NCBI GenBank assembly: GCA_902791625.1
Contig: CADAWN010000003.1
Coordinates: 30,465 to 94,464, forward strand
DNA length: 64,000 nt
Direction of reading: 5' to 3'
Source of the DNA: an uncultured Erysipelotrichaceae bacterium
GTDB taxonomy: Bacteria > Bacillota_I > Bacilli_A > RF39 > UBA660
A program made the translations under genes and the position numbers. Each line of letters begins with the position of its first letter. Within the stretch, counting starts at the first letter, position 1. Below are positions 50,811-60,300 of this stretch, piece after piece. Below the pieces are notes generated by a model. It searched no databases. It saw only the letters and a list, made by a program, of their open reading frames with translations, and was not told the origin of the DNA.

Positions 50811-52200
50811 TTATTAGTAGTATTAAATAAATGAAATAGTAATTATCATCACTTCTAGTATCAGGTACTTTAATCTTATAATCAACTAAATTAAATACTT
50901 GTTCATCCCTTGAATTATTATCAATAACAACATTAAAATCATCTACATATGAATATCCTTCTTTAGAAGTAGCTTGCCTAAAAGTATATATTCCATACTC
51001 TAAAGTAATAGAAGCATCACCACTACTATCAGTAGTAATAGTATCTATATATTTATCGTTACTATATATATCAAACTTAACATTTTCTTCAGGATAATTA
51101 CTGTTATTTATATTAAAATCTTTATGTACTTTAATATTATTCTTTATTTTCTCATTATATATCTTTAAATTCTTATTATAATCATCTAAAGATATTTCTA
51201 TCTTGTATAACTCATCATTTAATTTATAGCCTAATCCAGCCTTATCTTCTTTAATAAAATAAATACCAATATCTAAATCATCTATTACACTAGAACAATT
51301 ATCATCTAAATAAATATCCCTTATAACATTCATATCTTCATCATATAACTTAAAACTAGAACTACAAAGATCTTTATTCCTAATAGTATTATCATCTTTA
51401 TCGTACTTTTCTAATTCTATAGTAGGTTTATATATCTTAATATTTAAAGTAAAACTAGGTACATAAGTATTACCTATAGTCATTAAGTTTTGACTACTTT
51501 CATTATAATAGAACAAGATACTTTCTCCTCTATTAACCATAATCTTTTTAAAATTAAAAGTATAATTACCAGGTTCTAGTTTAGAAATATCTATTTTGTT
51601 ATTACTAATAGTTATACTATTACTATCAGAAGTAAAACCATCTATTATATTATTCTCATCTATTATATATTTTTCTCCATACTTAATATTTATACTTTTA
51701 TTACTAAAACTAGGGAGTTTGTCATGATTGTTAACTAAGTTATTGATCTCATTAATTTCATCTTCAAAACGACTAATTCTATTACCATTTAAAGTATCAG
51801 TAAAAAAGAATTGATCATTCTTATTAGTTTCTCTCCATATCATGAGTTGAGTAATCGCATACCATTTACTATCAGTATGATTCTCATAATTATATCCATA
51901 GTACGCTATTAAAGATATTTTCTTTAATACTTCATCACTAATATTATTAATATCATCAATATTACTATATTTATGATCTTCATAGAAAGATTCGAATGGT
52001 TCAATACAATAAGCTTCTTTATTATCACTTTTTCTTCTAAAGAACCTAGACTTTTGGAAATGAGCTTCTCTACCTCTAACACTCTTTGTATATATATTAT
52101 CTATCTTTTCTGCTTCATAAAACTCTACTTCTTGGGCTTTAACATTACCACTAATAAAAAATAAACAAACTATTGTCATCAAGAATACTATTTTTTTCAT
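50776..52200 (-). CDS. thioester-domain (TED) surface adhesin with SpaA/CnaB-like domains
   Basis: Signal peptide, AYCIEP and YAITQLMIW thioester motifs, two CnaB-like domains, VPDTR + TM + KK tail. Confidence 0.8.
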   Translation of the reverse strand: MKKIVFLMTIVCLFFISGNVKAQEVEFYEAEKIDNIYTKSVRGREAHFQKSRFFRRKSDNKEAYCIEPFESFYEDHKYSNIDDINNISDEVLKKISLIAYYGYNYENHTDSKWYAITQLMIWRETNKNDQFFFTDTLNGNRISRFEDEINEINNLVNNHDKLPSFSNKSINIKYGEKYIIDENNIIDGFTSDSNSITISNNKIDISKLEPGNYTFNFKKIMVNRGESILFYYNESSQNLMTIGNTYVPSFTLNIKIYKPTIELEKYDKDDNTIRNKDLCSSSFKLYDEDMNVIRDIYLDDNCSSVIDDLDIGIYFIKEDKAGLGYKLNDELYKIEISLDDYNKNLKIYNEKIKNNIKVHKDFNINNSNYPEENVKFDIYSNDKYIDTITTDSSGDASITLEYGIYTFRQATSKEGYSYVDDFNVVIDNNSRDEQVFNLVDYKIKVPDTRSDDNYYFIYLILLISGLYVKKVIIS

Positions 52201-52365
52201 ATAATTCCTCCTTTTTCTTTTTGACGCCACATATAATAATTAATGTATATTCATATTTCAAATAGCTAAATTTATAAATTAGTGGTAAAATATATACGAA
52301 TACATCAAAAATGTATAGGGAAATATACAAATTGAATAGTAAAATGTAGTGAAAGAGGTGAGATT

Positions 52366-53982
52366 ATGACAGATATAGAAATAAGTAGACAAGCTAAAAA
52401 ATTAGATATTAAGAGTATATGTAGTAATTTAGGTATTAAAGATGATGAAGTTATTCTTTATGGAAATGATAAAGCTAAAATAGATTTAAAAGAGATAAGT
52501 CCTAAAGGTAAATTAATACTTGTTACTGCGACTAATCCAACTCCATATGGAGAAGGTAAAACTACAGTTTCTATTGGTTTAGGAGATGCCTTAAAAAGAC
52601 TTAATAAAAGTGTTGTACTTGCTTTAAGAGAACCATCAATGGGACCAGTATTTGGTATGAAAGGTGGCGCAACTGGTGGAGGATATAGCCAAGTAGTACC
52701 AATGGAAGATATTAATCTATTCTTTACAGGAGATATGCCTGCGATAGAAGCAGCTAATAACTTAATAAGTGCAGCTATTGACAATCATATCTATTTTGGG
52801 AATGAATTAGGAATAGATAGAATTGTTTTTGAAAGATGTGTAGATGTTAATGATAGAGCCTTAAGAAATGTAGAATTATCAAGTGGTAATACTAGATTTA
52901 ATATAACTGCTGCAAGCGAAATAATGGCATTATTATGTTTATCTAATGATTTAAATGATTTAAAAGAAAAAGTAGGAAACATAATAATAGGTTATACAAA
53001 AGAAGATAAGCCTGTATTTGCTAAAGAATTACATATAGAAGGATCAGTTGCTGCAATACTAAAAGATGCTATAAAACCTAATATTGTTCAAACACTAGAA
53101 AATACACCAGCTATTATACATGGTGGACCATTTGCTAATATTGCTCATGGATGTAATAGTATTATTGCAACTAAAACAGCTTTAACACTAGGTGATTATG
53201 TAATAACTGAAGCAGGATTTGGCTCTGATTTAGGAGCAGAAAAGTTCTTTGATATAAAATGTAGAAAAGCAGGACTAAAACCAGACTGTGTTGTATTAGT
53301 TACAACAATAAAAACACTAAAGTATAATGCTTTAGTTTCTAAAGAAGATATTTTAAAACCAAATCCCGAAAAAGTAAAAGAAGGACTACCTAACTTAATA
53401 GTTCATATAGAGAATATGAAAAAGTTATCCACAAATGTAGTAGTTGCTCTAAATAAATATTCCACAGATACTGTGGAAGAAATAAATATAGTAAAAGAAT
53501 ATTGTGAACAAAATAATATTTTATTTGCTATAAGTGATGCTTATATGAATGGATCAGAAGGAGCTATAGAATTAGCTAATAAAGTAGAAGAAGCACTAGA
53601 AAAAGAAAACAAAGTAAATTATATATATGAACTTAATGATAGTATAAAAGATAAAATAGAGAAGATTTCAAAAGAAATATATAGAACTGAAGATGTAGAA
53701 TATAGTGAAGAAGCCAATAAAATTATAGACTATTTAGAGAGAAATAATATGTCTAATCTTCCTATTTGTGTAGCCAAAACACAATATTCATTATCAGATG
53801 ACGCTAAAAAATTAGGAGCTTTCTATCAACATACTATTCATGTAAGAGATATAAAAATATATAATGGAGCAGGTTTTATAGTAGTATATTTAGGAGATAT
53901 AATTTCGATGCCAGGACTATCAAGAAAACCTAATTATTTAAATATAGATGTTGTTGATAATAAAATAGTTGGTTTATCATAA
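52366..53982 (+). CDS. fhs: formate--tetrahydrofolate ligase
   Basis: PTPYGEGKTT, KGGATGGGYSQV, HGGPFANIAHGCNS, TEAGFG. Confidence 0.96.
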   Translation: MTDIEISRQAKKLDIKSICSNLGIKDDEVILYGNDKAKIDLKEISPKGKLILVTATNPTPYGEGKTTVSIGLGDALKRLNKSVVLALREPSMGPVFGMKGGATGGGYSQVVPMEDINLFFTGDMPAIEAANNLISAAIDNHIYFGNELGIDRIVFERCVDVNDRALRNVELSSGNTRFNITAASEIMALLCLSNDLNDLKEKVGNIIIGYTKEDKPVFAKELHIEGSVAAILKDAIKPNIVQTLENTPAIIHGGPFANIAHGCNSIIATKTALTLGDYVITEAGFGSDLGAEKFFDIKCRKAGLKPDCVVLVTTIKTLKYNALVSKEDILKPNPEKVKEGLPNLIVHIENMKKLSTNVVVALNKYSTDTVEEINIVKEYCEQNNILFAISDAYMNGSEGAIELANKVEEALEKENKVNYIYELNDSIKDKIEKISKEIYRTEDVEYSEEANKIIDYLERNNMSNLPICVAKTQYSLSDDAKKLGAFYQHTIHVRDIKIYNGAGFIVVYLGDIISMPGLSRKPNYLNIDVVDNKIVGLS

Positions 53983-54016
53983 TAAAAAAAAGATTGCAAT
54001 TTGCAATCTTTTTTAA

Positions 54017-54886
54017 TTATTTCTTTTCTTTATAGTAAACTGTAAGAACAACACCATCATTAACTGTTAATGGGAAAGTATAATTAGTTTTATTTTCATC
54101 TATTTCTTTCTCACAATTAGTAAATTTATCTGAGAATACTAAATCACTCTTTTCAAGTAAGAATGACTGTTCTTTGGTCTTTATTGTCTTCTTAACAGTT
54201 TCTGAATTACTACCACATACATATTTAATTGTATAAGTAACACTATTTATAACTTGAATAGGTTGTTCTTCATAAATATTAACAATACCTGTATATACTT
54301 GATTATCATATGAAATAGTATATTGATAATCACCTGCTACTTTATTATTTACTTTAGAAATATCAAGTGTTATAGCTTTTAACATTTCTTCTGTTAATTC
54401 AGTATCAACATATTGTTTAACATCTGTAGGAATTTCCTCATTTAATTTAAATTTTAAACTCTTAATTTGTAAAGAAATAGTTTTCTTTTCTTTTTCTTTT
54501 ACAACAACATTACCAGTATATTTTTTACCATCGTAACTTATTGTATATGTATATTTACCTGGTTGAGTAAGATTAACTAAAGAAGTATCTAGTTTAAAAT
54601 CTCTAAGAACACTATGATCAATATCATCAAGATTATCAATGTATTCTTTAACATCAACACTAATAGGTTCATTAACCTCTACTTCCAACTCTTTTAAAAC
54701 AGGGATATTAGTTTTAATTCTAGATACTTGCTTTTCAACTACTTTAACATTAATTTTGTTTTTAGTAGGTTTAATATCCATAGAATTAAGAACTATACCA
54801 CTAGTAGTAGATAAAAGACCTGAAAAAGTAAGAGAAAATATTAATAATTTCAAACCTTTGTTGTCACTCATTTCTATCATCCTCAT
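54017..54886 (-). CDS. membrane-anchored protein with two bacterial Ig-like repeats
   Basis: Two copies of DVK.Y....LD.S.VN....G.Y.YTISYD. Confidence 0.6.
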   Translation of the reverse strand: MRMIEMSDNKGLKLLIFSLTFSGLLSTTSGIVLNSMDIKPTKNKINVKVVEKQVSRIKTNIPVLKELEVEVNEPISVDVKEYIDNLDDIDHSVLRDFKLDTSLVNLTQPGKYTYTISYDGKKYTGNVVVKEKEKKTISLQIKSLKFKLNEEIPTDVKQYVDTELTEEMLKAITLDISKVNNKVAGDYQYTISYDNQVYTGIVNIYEEQPIQVINSVTYTIKYVCGSNSETVKKTIKTKEQSFLLEKSDLVFSDKFTNCEKEIDENKTNYTFPLTVNDGVVLTVYYKEKK

Positions 54887-54953
54887 CTTATAAATTAATT
54901 ATAATATATGAAAAAAAATAATACAATAATTTATTACAAAAAAAAGAGATATT

Positions 54954-55898
54954 TTACACTACTTTATCACCTTGGTAAATATCTCTTTTAACCATTTCTT
55001 TATCAATGTCATTTAATACACAAAATTTCTTTACTAACCATGTTGGTTCAATCAAATCATTTATATCAGGATCACCTGTAATACGATTAATAACAATACT
55101 ATCTCTTAAGTATTCTAATTCAGTTACTACAATATCAATATATTCTTCCTTTGTTAAAATATGAAACTTATTTTTCTTATAATACTCTTCTAAAGGAGTA
55201 TTCTTAAGTACACTTAACATATGTATTTTAATACCTTGTATATCAAGATTATTTAAGTATTTAACTGTTTCTATCATATCTTCTTTAGATTCTCCTGGAA
55301 GACCATTAATTATGTGTACAACTACATTAATATTTCTTTCCCTTAACTTGTTAACCATATCTTTAAAACATTCTAAAGAATGACATCTATTAATAAGTTT
55401 TGATGTTTTTTCATGCATAGTTTGTAGCCCTAACTCAACAGTTAAATAAGTTCTTTTATTTAAGTCAGTTAAATAATCTAAACACTCATCACTAATAGCA
55501 TCACACCTAGTACCTATATTAAGACCAACAACTCCTTCTTGTTTTAAAATAGGTTCATATACTTGTTTTAGTCTTTCTACAGGTGCATAAGTATTAGTAC
55601 GAGCTTGAAAATATCCAATGTATTTAGCATTAGGCCATTTCTTTAACATCATGTTTTTAACTTTATTAAACTGAGTAACTATATCATCACTTGTTTTACC
55701 AGCAAACTCACCACTACCACTCTTAGAACAATATATACATCCACCATATCCAACTGTTCCATCTATATTTGGACAACTAAATCCAGCATTAAGACTAACT
55801 TTAAATATTTTAGAATTAAATTTATGTTTATAAAAGTAGTTTAGAGTATGATATCTCTTATTATCATCACTATATTTAAATTTATTTAAACTTGGCAT
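54954..55898 (-). CDS. TIGR01212 radical SAM protein (YtqA/YhcC family)
   Basis: FSCPNIDG..GYGGCIYC, VELGLQT, HIINGLP, GIKIH. Confidence 0.9.
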   Translation of the reverse strand: MPSLNKFKYSDDNKRYHTLNYFYKHKFNSKIFKVSLNAGFSCPNIDGTVGYGGCIYCSKSGSGEFAGKTSDDIVTQFNKVKNMMLKKWPNAKYIGYFQARTNTYAPVERLKQVYEPILKQEGVVGLNIGTRCDAISDECLDYLTDLNKRTYLTVELGLQTMHEKTSKLINRCHSLECFKDMVNKLRERNINVVVHIINGLPGESKEDMIETVKYLNNLDIQGIKIHMLSVLKNTPLEEYYKKNKFHILTKEEYIDIVVTELEYLRDSIVINRITGDPDINDLIEPTWLVKKFCVLNDIDKEMVKRDIYQGDKVV

Positions 55899-57069
55899 TA
55901 ATAATCACCACTTCACTATCAGTACCAACTCTCATATTTGGTCCATATACACCTATACCAGAAGTTACAATACTATGCATATTATTATATTTTTTATATC
56001 CATAATTATTATCCCATATAATAGCTGTACCAATAGTTAAAGGAAAGAACTGTCCTGCATGAGTATGACCAGCTACATGTAAGTCAACTTTTTTCTTAGA
56101 AATATCATCTAGATCTTTAGGTTCATGTTCAAGTACTATAACAAATTTATTAGTATCAACTTTCTTAACTAACTTATCAATACTTAATCTATTATTCGTA
56201 CCATCTCCAGCCTTAGAATAATCTTTTCTACCAATAATATAAAAGTCTTCTATTTCTTCTATTTTATCATTTAAAATCTTAATACCAGCTTCTTTTAACA
56301 TATTTTCCATACGATCATCTCTTATTGCTTTTTTACCTTCACTAATAGAAAATCCTGCGAATAATTTTTCCTTAACATCATGATTACCAAATACCGCATA
56401 TGTACCATATTTACTCTTTATACTTTTTAAATATTCTTTTATTTTATCAGGTTTATCCATAGAATCATAACTATTATCGAATATATCACCCGCAATTAAT
56501 ACTAAATCAACATCTTCCTTATTTATTTTATCAACCATTTTCTTAGTCATTTTATGACCAACACTATAACCTAAATGAAGATCAGCAACCAAAGCAATTT
56601 TAAGTTTCTTCTCTTTAATCTCTTTATTCTTAACAACAATATCATACTTAGTTACTTTAACATCTTTCGCATGTATAAAACCATATAAAGAAAGTCCACC
56701 AACAAGAGTAAGAGTTATAATAGCGGCACTAAATATGTACTTTTTAGTATAGAAGAAATTTTTATCTTTATGTAACACTCTTACTGAAATAAGAATAATT
56801 AAATCTGATATTATGGCTGCAATTAACATATAAAACATCGTACCAGTAAAGTAATTAGAAAACTTTAATATTAGTTTCTGTGTACTAGATACTGGTAAGA
56901 AATATCCAAGTATTACTGATAGAAAACAAGCTAAATATATAATACTAATTAAAGCTTTAATAACAATACTACTTCTTTTAAGTTTAAACTTAGAAAACCA
57001 GAGTATTACTTTTCTACATAAATAAAAATTTAAAAATCCATATAACAATATAATAATAAATAACTTCAT
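55882..57069 (-). CDS. membrane-bound metallophosphoesterase (YkuE-like)
   Basis: N-terminal TMs; DLHLG, GDIFD, GNHD, GHTHAGQ. Confidence 0.88.
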   Translation of the reverse strand: MKLFIIILLYGFLNFYLCRKVILWFSKFKLKRSSIVIKALISIIYLACFLSVILGYFLPVSSTQKLILKFSNYFTGTMFYMLIAAIISDLIILISVRVLHKDKNFFYTKKYIFSAAIITLTLVGGLSLYGFIHAKDVKVTKYDIVVKNKEIKEKKLKIALVADLHLGYSVGHKMTKKMVDKINKEDVDLVLIAGDIFDNSYDSMDKPDKIKEYLKSIKSKYGTYAVFGNHDVKEKLFAGFSISEGKKAIRDDRMENMLKEAGIKILNDKIEEIEDFYIIGRKDYSKAGDGTNNRLSIDKLVKKVDTNKFVIVLEHEPKDLDDISKKKVDLHVAGHTHAGQFFPLTIGTAIIWDNNYGYKKYNNMHSIVTSGIGVYGPNMRVGTDSEVVIINAKFK

Positions 57070-57226
57070 TTCTACCTCCAAATACTTCTATAGTATACAA
57101 TTTTTTTAAAAATATAACAATAATATGTAAAGTTTTATACAAATAATTTCTATTTGATTGACAATAAAAAAATTATAGTGATAGTATAAAATTATAAAAT
57201 ATAAAGATAGGAGAGGAAAGAAAAAA

Positions 57227-57790
57227 ATGCAAAATAAAAATAAGAATATACTTATTGTTGCGTTAATTATTGGATTAGTTTCTATGACAGTTGCGTATGC
57301 GGCATTTTCTACTACATTAACTATCTCAAGTACTGCAAAAGTAGCTGCTACTAAATGGGATGTTAGATTTGCAAACTGGACTCAAGTTACTGTTTCTAAC
57401 TTAAATGGTGGAACTAGTGAAGCTTCTGTTAAAGCAAGTCCATCAGAAACTGCTACTGCTATTACTGGAATAGAAGTTACATTCAATAAACCAGGTGATG
57501 CTGTTAGATTTACTTTTGATATCCAAAATCAAGGTGATATTGATGCTCAATTAACTGGTGCAACTGGAATGAGTGAAACTAAAAGTGGTGTAACTAAGAC
57601 AGTTAAATGTGCAAATGCAACACCAACTGCAAATAATGCAGCATTTGATTTAAGTAAGAAAGTTAACACAACTCCAGGAAGTATTTCATGTGTAATGGAT
57701 ATTTCATATAACAAAGATGCAACTACAATGCCTGGTACTTTACAAACAGTTTCACTTACTGATGTATCATTCATTTATGGTCAAAAATAG
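57227..57790 (+). CDS. TasA/camelysin-like secreted protein with SipW-type signal peptide (array gene 1)
   Basis: KNKN-hydrophobic-AYAAFSTTLTI; WDV.F; KPGD..FTFDI.N.GDIDA; two Cys; C-terminal FIYGQK. Confidence 0.7.
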   Translation: MQNKNKNILIVALIIGLVSMTVAYAAFSTTLTISSTAKVAATKWDVRFANWTQVTVSNLNGGTSEASVKASPSETATAITGIEVTFNKPGDAVRFTFDIQNQGDIDAQLTGATGMSETKSGVTKTVKCANATPTANNAAFDLSKKVNTTPGSISCVMDISYNKDATTMPGTLQTVSLTDVSFIYGQK

Positions 57791-57913
57791 AGCTATATTT
57801 TAGGCTCTTTTTTTGTAGAAAAAACACTTAAATTTTACTAAAATATTATTGACAATTATAAAAATTTAGTGATAACATTAAATTGTAAAATATTGAAGAT
57901 AGGAGGAAAAGAA

Positions 57914-58480
57914 ATGCAAGAAAAAACTAAGAACATACTTTTAGTAGTATTAGTTGTTGGATTAGTGTCTATGACAGTTGCTTATGCAGCATTATCAACT
58001 ACTTTAACTATTTCAAGTAGTGCGAAAGTTAATAACACTAAATGGGATATTCAAATTACTGATTTTACAGAAGTTTCAGGACAAAATAATAATGTTTCAG
58101 GATCAAGTGAAGCAACAGTAAAACCAGGTTATTCAACTTCAGGAACTACTATTACAGGAGTTGAAGTTACATTCAAAAAACCAGGAGATGTTGCTAAATT
58201 CTCATTCAATCTTAAGAATTTAGGAGATATTGATGCTAAATTAACTGGATTTACTCTTGGAGAACCAGCTGCTAACACTAAAGTAACAAAAACTGTTAAA
58301 TGTGGTTCACCTACAAAAGTATTACCAGTAGTAGAAGATGCAGGAATGAATCTTGCTAAAACAACTGGTACTATTCCATGTGAAATGACACTTACTCTTG
58401 CTAATGATGCAACAATACCAACAGATGCGGCAACAAGTGTTACAATTCCAGATACATCATTTGTTTACGGACAAAATTAA
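57914..58480 (+). CDS. TasA/camelysin-like secreted protein (array gene 2)
   Basis: Same motifs; ATG 57914 after AGGAGG; ends FVYGQN. Confidence 0.7.
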   Translation: MQEKTKNILLVVLVVGLVSMTVAYAALSTTLTISSSAKVNNTKWDIQITDFTEVSGQNNNVSGSSEATVKPGYSTSGTTITGVEVTFKKPGDVAKFSFNLKNLGDIDAKLTGFTLGEPAANTKVTKTVKCGSPTKVLPVVEDAGMNLAKTTGTIPCEMTLTLANDATIPTDAATSVTIPDTSFVYGQN

Positions 58481-58527
58481 TATGTTGAGAAAAGCTTCAT
58501 TTGAAGCTTTTTTTTGTTGAAAAATTG

Positions 58528-58563
58528 CACTAAAATTTTATTGACAATTATAAAATTTTAGTG
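58528..58563. promoter_or_regulatory. perfect 14-bp inverted repeat flanking a -35 box (candidate operator)
   Basis: CACTAAAATTTTAT-tgacaatt-ATAAAATTTTAGTG; degenerate copy at 57837-57870. Confidence 0.55.
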
Positions 58564-58605
58564 ATAAGATTAAATTGTAAAATATAGAAGATAGGAGGAA
58601 AAGGA

Positions 58606-59175
58606 ATGCAAGAAAAAACTAAGAATGTACTTTTAGTAGTATTAGTTGTTGGTTTAGTATCTATGACAGTTGCTTATGCTGCATTTTCAACAACATTAAA
58701 AATTGAAAGTAGTGCGAAAGTTAATAACACTAAATGGGATATTCAAATTACTGATTTTACTGAAGTTGCAAGTCAACCAAACAAAGTTTCAGGTACTAGT
58801 GAAGTAACTGTAACTGGTCCTACATCAACTTCAGGAACAACTATTACTGGACTTGAAGTAATATTTAAGAAACCAGGTGATGTTGCTAAATTTACATTTA
58901 ATCTTAAGAATTTAGGAGATATCGATGCTAAATTAACAGGATTTACTCTTGGTAATCCAGATTCTAGTACTAAAGTAACTAAAGAAATAGTATGTGGTAC
59001 TGGTACAAAAACTGAACCAACTCCATTGGCTGCAGGAATGAATCTTGCTAAAACAACTGGTACTATTCCATGTGAAATGACACTTACTCTTGCTGAGGAT
59101 GCAACAATACCAACTGGTAATACACCAACAAGTGTTACAATTCCAGACACATCATTTGTTTACGGACAAAATTAA
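58606..59175 (+). CDS. TasA/camelysin-like secreted protein (array gene 3)
   Basis: Close paralogue of gene 2 with divergent loops. Confidence 0.7.
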   Translation: MQEKTKNVLLVVLVVGLVSMTVAYAAFSTTLKIESSAKVNNTKWDIQITDFTEVASQPNKVSGTSEVTVTGPTSTSGTTITGLEVIFKKPGDVAKFTFNLKNLGDIDAKLTGFTLGNPDSSTKVTKEIVCGTGTKTEPTPLAAGMNLAKTTGTIPCEMTLTLAEDATIPTGNTPTSVTIPDTSFVYGQN

Positions 59176-59315
59176 TTTGTTAAGAAAGAGCTTCATTTGA
59201 AGCTTTTTTTGTTGCTATAACTACAAATTACTTAAGTGAAATTTGTAGTTTTTTGTTTGCTTTAAGAGTGAATTTGTAAAATTGGTTATTTGATTAGAAT
59301 TAGTATTTAATATAT

Positions 59316-59350
59316 AACAACATCACTTCCAGAAAGGAGGTGATGTTGTT
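59316..59350 (+). promoter_or_regulatory. 15-bp hairpin sequestering the RBS of the Rpn gene
   Basis: AACAACATCACTTCC-agaaa-GGAGGTGATGTTGTT (one G-U pair). Confidence 0.7.
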
Positions 59351-60201
59351 TGGAAAATAAAGTATTTTATACATGTAAGAAAGATAGAGCGTTTAAAGAA
59401 ATATTTATGAAAGAAGAGAATAAAGACTTACTTATTGCTTTACTTGAAAGTATATTAGATATTAAGATAAAAGAATTAAAATATTTAAATTTAGAAAAGA
59501 ATGTAGATAATGTACACGTAAGAAGTAAAAGATTTGATATTCATGTAAAAACAGAAAATGAAAATATTCAAATAGAAGTTAATTCGCAGATGCATGACTA
59601 TATAAGACCAAGGAATGCAAGTTTTCTATTTGATACATATTCACATAATGTAGGAGTAGGAGAAAAGTATGATGAGAAAACACTTTTTGTTCAGATAAAT
59701 TTTACATATGGATTAGGTAGTGATAGTAAATATTTTAATAAAAAAGAAGATGAAAATATAAATATATTTATGTTAAGAAATAATAAGGGTAAGCCTTTTA
59801 TAGATAATTTAAAATTAATAGAGTTTAATATGGACTATTTCACTAAATTATGCTACTCTAATGATGAAAAGTTGATAGATAAATATAAGTATGTAATAAT
59901 GATGAATTTAGGGATTAAAGACTTAGAAAAACTATCAAAAAAAGATAAGGTGGTCGAAAGATATATGAGTGAAATAGAAAGAGTAAATGAAGATCCTGAT
60001 TTTAGAGAATATATAAGTGCTGAAGAAGATGCAAGAAAGATAGAAAATTCACTAAGAGATGAATATAGAAGAGAAGGACTTGCCGAAGGAAGAGCTGAAG
60101 AAAAAAGAGAAACTGCTAAGAAGATGAAAGAAAAAGAAATAGACACTTCTATAATTAGTGAAGTAACTGGTCTTACAATAGAAGAAATTAATGAATTATA
60201 G
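59350..60201 (+). CDS. Rpn-family / PD-(D/E)XK nuclease-family putative transposase
   Basis: DRAFKEIF, RFDI, IQIEVN core; C-terminal EGLAEGRAEEK..TAKKM...ISEVTGLTIEEINEL. Confidence 0.85.
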   Translation: MENKVFYTCKKDRAFKEIFMKEENKDLLIALLESILDIKIKELKYLNLEKNVDNVHVRSKRFDIHVKTENENIQIEVNSQMHDYIRPRNASFLFDTYSHNVGVGEKYDEKTLFVQINFTYGLGSDSKYFNKKEDENINIFMLRNNKGKPFIDNLKLIEFNMDYFTKLCYSNDEKLIDKYKYVIMMNLGIKDLEKLSKKDKVVERYMSEIERVNEDPDFREYISAEEDARKIENSLRDEYRREGLAEGRAEEKRETAKKMKEKEIDTSIISEVTGLTIEEINEL

Positions 60202-60229
60202 AGACTTTATTCTTACTAAAGTCTCTTTT
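60200..60229 (+). terminator. terminator after the Rpn gene
   Basis: AGAGACTTTA...TAAAGTCTCT hairpin plus T run. Confidence 0.7.
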
Positions 60230-60300
60230 GTTTAAAAAAAACTTGACCTATTTTAAATAAAATATTAATATATACTTAGAGTAATAAAATAGGAGGTATT

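Larger units (their letters stand above)
57158..59210 (+). repeat. three tandem promoter-gene-terminator units, period about 691-692 bp
   Basis: TTGACA at 57158, 57849, 58541, each followed by a TGnTA..AT -10, a similar leader ending GATAGGAG, a paralogous CDS and a terminator. Confidence 0.85.

Noticed and set aside
59350-60201. Rpn gene as a classical IS element
   Set aside because: No terminal inverted repeats, target-site duplication or DDE motif visible; reported as a CDS only
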